Shown here in pieces: positions 1 through 8,451 of a stretch of DNA of 19,975 nt. Within the stretch, counting starts at the first letter, position 1. Each line of letters starts with the position of its first letter. Location: positions 1 to 19,975 of the forward strand of contig NW_021824127.1 in the NCBI RefSeq assembly GCF_006345805.1. The letters are read 5' to 3'. A program made the translations under genes and the position numbers. This DNA is from Octopus sinensis. Taxonomy: Eukaryota. The notes under the pieces are model-generated. The model did not search any database. It was given only the letters and a program-made list of their open reading frames with translations, and was not told where the DNA came from.

Positions 1-214
1 GAGCGAAAAACCTAAAGCTCCACGAGGCTCCGACAGGGTGTGGTGGCCATCCTTGCTGTACTCTTTCGCCACAACTTTCTCTCTTTCTTCTGTTGGTTGC
101 TCGCTTAGCCAGCGGGGTAGTGTCATTTGAAAGCTAAAACAATGCGAAGCGCATTGTGACCAGCGACGTGTAGCAACATCTGATAGCCTGGTCGGTCACG
201 GTGATCACTGTGAT
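1..214 (+). mobile_element. SINE family E, 3' portion (head lies outside the window)
   Basis: Bases ~95-200 match the reverse complement of 11031-11140 (GCTAAAACAATGCGAAGCGCATTGTGACCAGCGACGTGTAGCAACATCTGATAGCCTGGTCG), so this is an interspersed repeat. It ends at a TA/CA microsatellite. The SINE call comes from recalled cephalopod repeats. Confidence 0.7.
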
Positions 215-242
215 ATATATACATATACACACATAGCTACAT

Positions 243-700
243 ACATGCACGCACTTGTATAGACATATATAAGGAAGACAATGAACACAAAAAAAAAAAC
301 AACGCAGAATGGATAATTTTTCTCAAAAGTTGTTTCGGTTTAATGCTCAAAAGCAAGTAAAAGAGCCTTGACGTTTTAGACGCTAGTCCGTCATCAGAAG
401 AAAGATAGAAGAAAAAGAAATGAAGAGAATGAAAGAGAAAATATTGGAGGAAAAAACGAAAAATGGGTAAGGTAAGGCTAGGTTAGAAAGTGGTTCTGTA
501 GGGAGTTAGGAAGGGACTATACGTGTTTGCGTGAATACGAATGTTGTTATGATGGATAGTGGGGTTGTCGTCAGTGGGTGCCTAAGTGTAATCTTATCGT
601 CTGTGAGGAGTAGTAGCAGGAATGTTGTAAAGTGAAAGGGAAAGCAAGCAGAATATAGTGTTAATGATAAAACGCCGATGAATATAATAACAAGAACAAC
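243..700 (-). mobile_element. Penelope-like element (PLE) terminal/pLTR-type fragment
   Basis: The minus strand has a long pyrimidine-rich tract followed by a hammerhead-like motif (366-401), and both ends are bounded by microsatellites. This layout is typical of PLE 3' termini. No RT or GIY-YIG coding sequence was seen. Confidence 0.45.
366..401 (-). ncRNA. Decayed minimal type I hammerhead ribozyme-like motif
   Basis: Minus strand reads TCTT-CTGATGA-C-GGAC-TAGC-GTCT-AAAA-CGT-C-AAGG: intact CUGAUGA box, 4-bp stem II, AC/GU palindromic stem III, C17, and stem I AAGG/UCUU. The expected CGAAA reads TAAAA. Confidence 0.55.
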
Positions 701-751
701 AACAATAATAAAACAGCAGCAGTAGCAGCAATAGCAGTAGTAGTAGTAGTA

Positions 752-797
<46 letters not shown>

Positions 798-856
798 ATA
801 TATATATAGTATATATATATATACATATAATATATTATTTATTATTATTATTATTT
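686..856. repeat. Compound microsatellite (AAC)/(AGC)/(AGT)n-(TA)n-(ATT)n
   Basis: Seen directly in the sequence. Confidence 0.95.
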
Positions 857-1470
857 AGTTGAATGCCACGTATCCATTTCCAAGTAAGTTTATCTTCACC
901 TTTGTGATGCGACTATAGTTTTCTTCTTCCATCCTTCTTTAATTCCCCTTTTCTCCCCTCCCTCTTTCACTGTTTTTGATCTTTCTCTCGCTCCCTCGCT
1001 TTCTCTTTTTCTTTCTCTCGTTGCTCACACGTGACCATCGTCCATCTTTATTTTCTTTACGCGACCATCTTTCTTTTCCTGCACGGACGTTTTTTCTCTG
1101 CCTTCTATCTTTTCTCTTTTCAAAGAAAATATTTCTCCCGGCGTTCACTATTTTTCTCTTGTTCTGGTCTAACGACCCTCCATGTTTGTTTTCGTTCGGT
1201 TTCCTTGTATGTCTCCACTGTTCTGTTTTTGTCCCCAACTTTGACCCTCCATAAATCCTAAATTTTATTTCAGAATTTATGGGAACAATTGTCTTTGAAG
1301 ACTCATATTGTCGTTGAATGCTCGAAATGAGTAGATAGACAGCAGACAACTGATGAAAGGGTCCTTTCTCTGTGTTTACTTGTCCTGTTTTCTATTTTTC
1401 TCTCGTTGTTTACGTATTTCATGTTGTTTGCGCAATTGGTGACGTCCTGTACCCATATACGCATATATAT
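857..1470 (+). mobile_element. Pyrimidine-rich interspersed repeat, possibly PLE-related
   Basis: Segment ~1315-1385 (GAATGCTCGAAATGAG...AACTGATGAAAGGGTCCTTTCTCTGTGTTTAC) recurs at ~12575-12645. Strong T/C skew on +. Boundaries are approximate. Confidence 0.55.
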
Positions 1471-1499
1471 GTTTATCTTGATATGAGATCACAATGTCG

Positions 1500-1562
1500 C
1501 GCGCATACACATACATACATGCAAACAAGCACATACACACATACACACGCACACACGTACAG

Positions 1563-1610
<48 letters not shown>

Positions 1611-1630
1611 TATATATATATATATATAAT
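1500..1630. repeat. (CA)/(CATA)/(TA)n microsatellite
   Basis: Seen directly in the sequence. Confidence 0.9.
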
Positions 1631-1842
1631 ATAATCTTAATCTTCGAATAGAATTCTCAGATTACATAGACTCAAAGAATTAGTGAGAAGAAGGCTTACA
1701 AGTCGACATCTGTTTCTGAAGGCTCGGAATTACTTCATAATTTTGGCAAATGTAACTCATCAAAAATTTGCAGCCAGAAATGAAATCAAACATTGGTAGA
1801 ATCCTGAGCCTCGTACATATGTAAATGAAATTATAAAATGAT

Positions 1843-2662
1843 AATACTGGGGAAAAGCAATTCCAGCTATAGATACTAATGCTGTTAACTTGATTCCTTA
1901 TGTCGTATCGAAATGCAAAAGTAAAATTGTCTGAATGGATTCAATTTTCAATAACGTTAATGTTCGTGCTAATGAAAAGGGCTGAGTGTACAATAATAAT
2001 ACAGTTGAGGAATGGATTAATTTAGCTTTCAATCGTCCCGCTGCTGCTTTGCAACAACTAAAATCAATGCTTAAATTGGATTCTTTGCGCGGCCTTCTTT
2101 CAGTTAATACAAAAGCATAGTCTGCAACGGCACGAAACAGTGCCTGTTGTCATTCCTGGTGAGTTAACAAGCCTTTTGCAGCCACTGGACGTCTACATCA
2201 ATAAACTCTTTAGGCCAAAATATGAAAGCATTATATTGTAAATACATAGCTAATCACGATCATGACTTTACTATTTCAGGCAAAATTCAAAAGGCTTCAA
2301 TGCAACCAATTGTATCATGTCTAAAGCAAGCATGGAACTTCATTGATTCTGATACAATAACTCGAAGTTACAAAAAAAAAATGCTGCAAAACAATTGCAC
2401 TTGATGGATTGAAAGATGATGTTATGTGGCAAGAAATTGATGATGAAGATGAAACAAATGCAACCGAACAATTGATGGAAAACGATATTGATTTAGTCTG
2501 ATAACAGTGGATAATGCAATAATATTGATTTAAATAAAAATAATAATTTGACAAAAATTTCTAAATGTTTTCATTTTTTACATCTATATCGACACATTTT
2601 TTTTTTAGAAAGGAAAAAAAAAGAAGAAAAACCTCCAGCGAATTAAATACGGGTAAATGCGG
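1843..2662 (+). mobile_element. Decayed pogo-family (POGK-like, DDE_1) DNA transposon: 3' half of transposase plus right TIR
   Basis: Translation across stops and frameshifts gives NVRANEKG*V (1959-), LDSLRG, VVIPGELTSLLQPLDVYINKLF (2146-2211), KQAWNFIDSDTITRSYKK and ALDGLKDDVMWQEID, matching pogo motifs VRANxKGWM, LDSFRGH, IPGGLTSxLQPLDVxxNKPFK and ALDGxEDDxLW. A right TIR-like GCGAATTAAATACGGGTAAATGCGG lies at 2638-2662. Confidence 0.85.
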
Positions 2663-2835
2663 CATATACATACATATGATGGCTGCCGACTTGTTAGATG
2701 AGTAGGATTCTCACTGATAAATTATCTTACTTCTGTTATGTGTTTGTTTGTTTTGTATTCATTCTTTTTTTGCCAGCGATTGTAGGGCCTGCAATGGTTT
2801 TTAAAGCCAGCAAGTGATTTTTTTCTTTTTTGCAG

Positions 2836-2910
2836 ATGCGGCATTAATTTTCATGCGTTGCAATCAGATGCTCGTTCGGCACAGCGTTTTGTGTACTTTT
2901 TCTCTGACCT
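2836..2910 (+). CDS. Candidate 75-nt internal exon of an unidentified host gene (phase 2-2: CGINFHALQSDARSAQRFVYFFSDL)
   Basis: Acceptor ttttttcttttttgcag| and donor CT|gtaagt; length is a multiple of 3; two frames are open. It overlaps an antisense C2H2-like remnant, so it may be spurious or an exonised LINE. Confidence 0.3.
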
Positions 2911-3041
2911 GTAAGTTCCGATCTGCTGGGAAATTTTCTTCCACATAAATAGCATAAAAGATTAGTTGCTAGAAATTGCTTGAATTCAACTTTGAAGCCC
3001 TTCAGCGTAGATGACTGGTGGGGCCAACACTTGACAGGCAA
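2844..3041 (-). pseudogene. Decayed C2H2 zinc-finger segment, resembling the C-terminus of an RTE-type LINE ORF or a ZNF pseudogene
   Basis: LLCYLCGRKFPSRSELTGQRKST at 2892-2960 has C-x2-C-x12-[Q]-x3-[T] spacing with both His positions substituted. Confidence 0.35.
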
Positions 3042-3134
3042 GCACGACGACTTCCATCACACTCAAGAGGGGTTGGTTGTTCGACCAAAAGGCTCTTTTT
3101 TAATACACACATACACGCGTGCGCATACACACAA

Positions 3135-3183
<49 letters not shown>
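3135..3183. repeat. (ATT)n microsatellite
   Basis: Seen directly in the sequence. Confidence 0.95.
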
Positions 3184-3185
<2 letters not shown>

Positions 3186-3413
3186 GGAGGCGCTAGCAGA
3201 ATCATTATCACGTTGGACGAAATGCTAACCGGTATTTTGCCTATCGCTACGTTCTGAGTTCAAATTCCGCCGAGGTCGAATTTACCTTTCATTCTTTCGG
3301 GGTGGATAAATTAAGTACCAGTTCCGCACTGAGGTCGATGTAATCGACTTAATCCCTTCCCCCAGATTTGAGGCCTTGTACTTCCAGTAGAAAGGATCGT
3401 TATCATAATTATT
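3184..3413 (+). mobile_element. tRNA-type SINE family A, near full length
   Basis: A-box-like TAGCAGAATC, B-box GAGTTCAAATTCC, central GGGGTGGATAAATTAAGTACCAG...GAGGTCGATGTAATCGAC, ATT-rich tail. About 10 related copies occur in the window. Confidence 0.9.
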
Positions 3414-3626
3414 AAAGCGGCAAGCTAGCAGAATCGTTAGCACAACGGGCAAAATGCTTAGCGGCATTTCGTCTATCTTTATGTTCTGAGTTCAAATTCC
3501 GCCGCGGTCGACTTTGCTTTTCATCCTCTCGGGATCCATGTAATCGATTCCCCCACCACCACCACCACCAAAAAAAAAATGTTCAGGCCTTGTCCTTTAC
3601 TAGAAAGGATTACTATCAGCATTATT
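3414..3626 (+). mobile_element. SINE family A with an internal deletion, head-to-tail with the previous copy
   Basis: Same head and B-box. The segment between the two GGGGTCGAT motifs is missing (CGGGATCCATGTAATCGAT). Confidence 0.9.
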
Positions 3627-3946
3627 GTCATCTGTACGATACGCCCTCCCTATCTCAATGTAGGAGATTTCATTTAAAATATCTTCCAGATATATCTCCA
3701 GCTGTGGTCTGGATAAGGAAATCTCTTGTATAATTCTTGCGAGCCCTTGTGATTACCGTAAATCCTCGAGTACCATACGTATCATCTTTGTAAACAGAGG
3801 ATGGAGTAAAGCTCAAATGCAATTTGTATACGAGAAACCTGCCTCATAGCTGGTTCTGCGGCATTTGGGAAGAAGAAAAGAAGGGTTAGCTTCGGGGAAA
3901 TTGGTGACGTAACGTCGGACTAGTAGTCTTTTTGTTTTTTACGTAG

Positions 3947-3963
3947 CACAATAAAGAAAAATG
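3947..3963 (+). CDS. Candidate 17-nt microexon CACAATAAAGAAAAATG
   Basis: Acceptor ttttgttttttacgtag| and consensus donor ATG|gtaagt. Joined to 2836-2910 it stays open only in the phase-2 frame (FFSDLTIKKN). It could instead be an ATG-only first coding exon. Confidence 0.3.
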
Positions 3964-5180
3964 GTAAGTGCAGATGTAATATTTGGTGATGTAGTCGATG
4001 AGATTACCATGAACATAAGAATTAAACGCCATAAAGCATTAACCAGAACTGTGTCTGCAAATGGTACTGAAAGCTCAATATCTGAGGTAGATGATCTAGC
4101 TGTTAGACGAGTTGTAGCAACACCCATCTAAAAGATTTCTGCACGGAAGACCGGAAAGAACATAAAAAACAACCACAAATGATAAAGGTTGTCGGCCTTA
4201 GGGCGACAGCTGCTATAACTTGAAACTCGGCAAATGAAATTCCCTTATGTTCATTATAAGCAACAAATCATAACATCAAGAGCACCTCTCTTCAAACTGT
4301 TGCCAACAAAGACAAGAAGTGTCTACTACAGCAACAACAGCAATGTGACCCACTCACAGCTGTACTATTCCTTCCACTTACGAGTATGGGGACCTGAACA
4401 GTGGGCAATTATGGTTGCCCTTTGCTGGGTAGGTTTTCCTACAGCTCATCTTCTTGACGAAACTGCAGTCCTGGAACAAACGAAGAAAATTATTGGACAT
4501 CTGTTACCTGGAATGTTGTCAGTTGTTTACCGTACTCCACCAGTCGAACATCGTAGTCACCAGATCTTCCAAATAGCATTTTATAGAGCGCTACTTTTTT
4601 TTTATTTCCAGAATCGGGAGAAAAGGGGCAGTGCCAATGAACTTTGAAGGCCAGTCATCCACGAGAATCAACTGACCAATCTGATCCAGAAGAATGTCAT
4701 CCACGAGCATTGTCCGAAAATTGGTGACCTGAGGAATTTGAACAATTGTTGCTATGTGCAGGACGGTCCAGCAAGCGACCTAGTCCATTGTGAAGACTGT
4801 TCCGCCGCTTTCTTTTGACAGAGAAGACAGACAGTTCTCTGGTGGCTTTGGCGAAAAAGCACGAGTGAATAGAAAGAACTGATCAAATTATTTTCGTCAT
4901 TGGCCGAAACCTCCTCCATTTCTCCCAAGTTTCACAAACAAAGAAATGTGAGGATGAAGCGAAAAGTGATTACTCCTCCTGAAAATTTGTTGAAAGGCAG
5001 GTGAAGCCAGGTTATGACAGTAGGGGGAGGGGATAATGCCTGTTTGGTTTGGGTGGTCATGGATCAATAAGTTTTCTTGTTTGGCCCTTGGTTAGAGCCT
5101 TAGTATATAATATTTTTTATCATTCGCAATCGATTTTTATGGAGCCACTTCAATTTTGTAATACTTTTCACTTACTGTAC

Positions 5181-5325
5181 ATCGAAATCCTACCAAGGTC
5201 TTTCATTCTATCGGGCTCGATAAAAAAAAAAGAGGTTAAGGTCTTGGGTAAAATGTGTTAGCAATTAATAACCTTTCCTCAAAACTGCTGGCCTTGTGCC
5301 TAAATTAGAAACAATTATAATAATT
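5181..5325 (+). mobile_element. SINE family A, degenerate 3' portion
   Basis: CTTTCATTCTATCGGGCTCGATAAAA and the tail TGCTGGCCTTGTGCCTAAATTAGAAAC match family A. Confidence 0.7.
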
Positions 5326-5330
5326 AAGCA

Positions 5331-5462
5331 CTCTGAGTTCAAATACTATTGATGTGTATTTCACTTTTATATATGAGGTTGGTAAAGTAAAGACGATCGA
5401 TACTATTGATTATGACCATTCATGAATGCTGTGGCCTTCTGTCTATGTCAGAAATCATTAGT
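5331..5462 (+). mobile_element. SINE family A, very degenerate copy
   Basis: B-box CTGAGTTCAAAT and tail TGTGGCCTTCTGTCTATGTCAGAAATCATT. Confidence 0.5.
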
Positions 5463-5670
5463 AACGTTAGTTGTGATGCTAATATAGTATCACTACTAAT
5501 AATACATTCGTAGTAATACGTTTTCAGTAATACATAATAATATATTAGTAGTAACACAATAGTTGTAATATTGTAATTGTAATAAATTTCTAGTAATACA
5601 TTAGTTGTAATACATTAGTAGGAATACATTATATTAGTAATTACATATCAGTGTTAATATATGATAATAT
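5463..5670. repeat. AT-rich degenerate minisatellite (TAGTAATACAT-type unit, about 11-14 bp)
   Basis: Repeated GTAATACAT / TAGTAATA units. Confidence 0.75.
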
Positions 5671-5671
5671 T

Positions 5672-5870
5672 AAGGCGTTGGCTTGGCAGAATCGTCACCG
5701 CTTCCAACTTTACGTTCTGAGTTCAAATTCCGCTGAGATCGACTTTGCCTTTAATCCTTTCGAGGTCTATAAAATAAATGCCAGTTGATCACTGGGAACG
5801 ATGTAATCGACTTACCCCTCCTCTGAAATTGCTGGCCATGTGCCAAATTTTGAAGCCAATATATAATAAT
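5672..5870 (+). mobile_element. SINE family A
   Basis: GGCGTTGGCTTGGCAGAATCG head, GAGTTCAAATTCC B-box, family A tail. Confidence 0.9.
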
Positions 5871-5899
5871 ATATCGGAAGTAATAATACATTGAAGTCG

Positions 5900-6582
5900 A
5901 TGAAGGTATGTTTTGCGTTTTTCCCCAATCTGGTGTCGAGGAATGAAAGGTGAGCGATCTATGATTTAAAAATGAAAGCTCAATCCATGGAATGCCAACA
6001 CGCCTATACGGTGGCTGTATTAAGGGGTGACAAGGGCATCATTCTCCTTGATCTTCTTGAACGTGGCTGTGCCGTGAACAGTGAGCAATACACTGAGACG
6101 CACAAAAGATTGAGAGAAGCCATTAAAAAGAAGAGACCAAACAAGAATCTGAGAAAAGAGTCCTCATTTAACATGGCAATGTGCGTTCAAGCACGTCTTC
6201 GGCTATAATTCAGGCAGTTTGTAAATCGAACAAGCCAGTGGCTCCCATCGAATGGACCTCCCAGAATTGGCGCTCTCCGACTTTCAACGGTCCAATCCAA
6301 TGAAGGACAGCCTTCAAGGACAATGATTTGATGACATGAACATGGTGAAATGGTTGCAAAGAAATAGATACGGCAGTGTGCACTAGGTTATTTTAAAGAG
6401 GAATCGAAAGTTGGGTTCAACGATGAAGCGGATATATAGTTTGTGGTGGAGATTGAGTTGAGTGGTACTTTTGCACAGAAGAGTCACTCAAGCAACCTAT
6501 GCACATTGAATGACATTTGTCAGGAAAATAAAAAGACAAAAGTTATGCCAACTTTTACATTACTTTTGGTATAGACCTCGTG
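5900..6582 (+). mobile_element. Decayed mariner (DD34D-type) transposon: catalytic-domain remnant plus right TIR
   Basis: LVSRNER*AIYDLKMKAQSMEC (cf. IVTGDETWxxxYDPExKxQSMEW), DKGIILLDLLERGCAVNSEQY...LREAIKKKRP, *HGNVR (cf. HDNAR), SPELALSDF (cf. YSPDLAPSDF), GIESWVQR*...GGD*VE. Right TIR-like TTACTTTTGGTATAGACCTCG at ~6560-6580, followed by TGTA. Confidence 0.88.
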
Positions 6583-6606
6583 TATTAGTAACAAAACGAT
6601 GGTTGT

Positions 6607-6810
6607 AATATATTGGTTTCAAATTTTGGTACAAGACCAACAGTGTCGGGGGGAGTGGGTAAGTCAATTATATCGGACCTAGTGTTTCACTAGTACTTAC
6701 TTCATCAACCCCGAAAGGATAAAAGGCAAACTCAATCTCAGCAGAATTTGAACTCAGAACGTAAAGACGGACGAAATGCCGTTAACCAATTTTGTCAATG
6801 CGCCGCCTTA
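6607..6810 (-). mobile_element. SINE family A
   Basis: Reverse complement has the AAGGCGGCG head, GAGTTCAAATTC B-box and family A tail; the head is partly deleted. Confidence 0.88.
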
Positions 6811-6837
6811 ATATCGCAATTAATATATTACTACCCA

Positions 6838-7000
6838 CATCCGTCTTTATGCTCTGACTTCAAATTCTGCCGAGGTCGAATTTGCCTTTCATCCATTCGG
6901 GGTCGATAAAATAAGTTCCAGTCGAGCATTGGAGGTCGATGTAATCAACTTATCAACTTCCACGACGTTGCTGTCCTTGTGCCAAAATCTGAAACCAGTA
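6838..7000 (+). mobile_element. SINE family A, 5'-truncated
   Basis: CTGACTTCAAATTCTGCCGAGGTCG, CGGGGTCGATAAAATAAG and TGTGCCAAAATCTGAAACC. Confidence 0.88.
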
Positions 7001-7016
7001 TAGGATTAATAATCAT

Positions 7017-7224
7017 TTTTACTACAAGAATAACTCCTGAAATTTGAGGAAGAGGGATAATCGATTACATCGACCCCAGTGTTTCACTTGTACTTAATCC
7101 ATCGACCCCGGAAGGATGAAAGGCGAAGTCAACTTCGGCGGAATTTGAACTCAGAAAATAAAGACGGACGAAATGCCGCTGAGCATTTTTGCCCGTTGTG
7201 CTAACGATTCTGCCAGCTCGCCGC
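7017..7224 (-). mobile_element. SINE family A, near full length
   Basis: Reverse complement begins GCGGCGAGCTGGCAGAATCGTTAGCAC and contains the B-box GAGTTCAAATTCC. Confidence 0.9.
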
Positions 7225-7477
7225 ACAATTATGTGAGTAATAATACAGTGCAATGGATGTCAAAACTGGCGGAACACCAGACCGTATTTCGATTCGTGCC
7301 TTTATGCACTCAGTTGGAATAGAACCGAGGTCGACATGTCGTATGTATACCATTTCGGTGTCAGTATCGAGTGAAGTAATAGCCCGTGTAATAGAATGTC
7401 CGTTCCCCTTTGTGAAAAGTGTGTAAATGAGCCTGTTAAAGTCTTCCACACTAATTTAAGGAAACAATATAAAAAAC

Positions 7478-7494
7478 AGTAGTAGTAGTAGTAA

Positions 7495-7529
<35 letters not shown>

Positions 7530-7628
7530 TTGGTGATGGTGGCGGTAGTAGTAGTGGTGGTAGTAGTAGTAGTATTGGTGGTGGTTGTGGTGGTGGTGGT
7601 AGGGGTGGTGGTGGTAGTTGTAGTAGTA
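7478..7628. repeat. (GTA)n/(GTG)n trinucleotide microsatellite
   Basis: Seen directly; it explains the poly-Thr ORF. Confidence 0.95.
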
Positions 7629-7864
7629 TGTAAGCTAGACATTATACTTAGTGTTTACATTATACAATCAGTAATTCTAACCGCGTAACAACGACGTCTG
7701 TAACCAATCCAGATAAAGTAAATCTAGGCTTTTTACTAATTCAGGGTCAATTGACCTTTATCCAGCTATTGTTTAAGTGCATTCGTGTTGTGTGGGTGTA
7801 TGTTAAAACCTCTCTTTCTCTCTCCCTCTCTCTTTTACTCTTTCTCCCTCTCGCTTTCTCTTTA

Positions 7865-7922
7865 TGTGTACTATATATATATATCAGTACACACACACCA
7901 CACACATACACACCACACACAC

Positions 7923-7953
<31 letters not shown>

Positions 7954-8040
7954 TGATATATAGATCGATAGACAGTGAGTGTATGCATATATATATTATA
8001 TATATATATATAAAATATAATATATATATATATATAATAT

Positions 8041-8072
<32 letters not shown>

Positions 8073-8090
8073 ATATATAATATATATATT
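7865..8090. repeat. (CA)n/(TA)n microsatellite block
   Basis: Seen directly in the sequence. Confidence 0.92.
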
Positions 8091-8288
8091 CTTTTATTCT
8101 TTTACTTATTTCAGTCATCTGACTGCGGCCATGCTGGAGCACCGCCTTAAAGGGCTTTTTAGCTGAAGAAAGCGACCCCAGGACATATTCTTTCTAAGCC
8201 TAGTACTTATTCTACCGGCCTCTAAGTTATGGGAACATAAACACACCAACATCAGTGGGGTCCAAACGCAAGCACAAAGACATACACT
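8091..8288 (-). mobile_element. SINE family B, 3' portion with internal deletion
   Basis: TTTCAGTCATCTGACTGCGGCCATGCTGGAGCACCGCC...GACCCCAGGAC...AAGCCTAGTACTTATTCTA, shared with the copies at 10.7, 12.1, 13.1 and 14.5 kb. Confidence 0.88.
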
Positions 8289-8313
8289 TATCTATCTATC
8301 TATCTGTCCGTCC

Positions 8314-8397
<84 letters not shown>

Positions 8398-8430
8398 GTA
8401 TGTCTGTCTGTATGTATGTATATTGATAGA
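8289..8430. repeat. (TCTA)/(TCTG)n tetranucleotide microsatellite
   Basis: Seen directly in the sequence. Confidence 0.95.
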
Positions 8431-8451
8431 TACAAGTTCACACATAGATAT

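Noticed and set aside
506-826. 106-aa ORF rich in Y/I/C
   Set aside because: Translation of (TA)n and (AGT)n microsatellites.
1350-1368. CTGATGA followed by a GAAAGG-GT-CCTTTC hairpin (also at ~12611)
   Set aside because: No GAAA or stem III follows, so the hammerhead topology cannot be completed.
1695-1712. TTACAAGTCGACATC as the left TIR of the pogo element
   Set aside because: Only a short motif matches; it does not mirror the right TIR at 2638-2662.
4551-4610. S*SPDL...FFLFP resembling mariner YSPDLAPSDFFLFP
   Set aside because: The spacing is wrong and no convincing HDNA or upstream mariner motifs sit at the expected distances.
5372-5392. TATGAGGTTGGTAAAGTAAA as the left TIR of the mariner
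   Set aside because: It lies in the core position of a degenerate SINE A copy and is too far from the transposase fragment.
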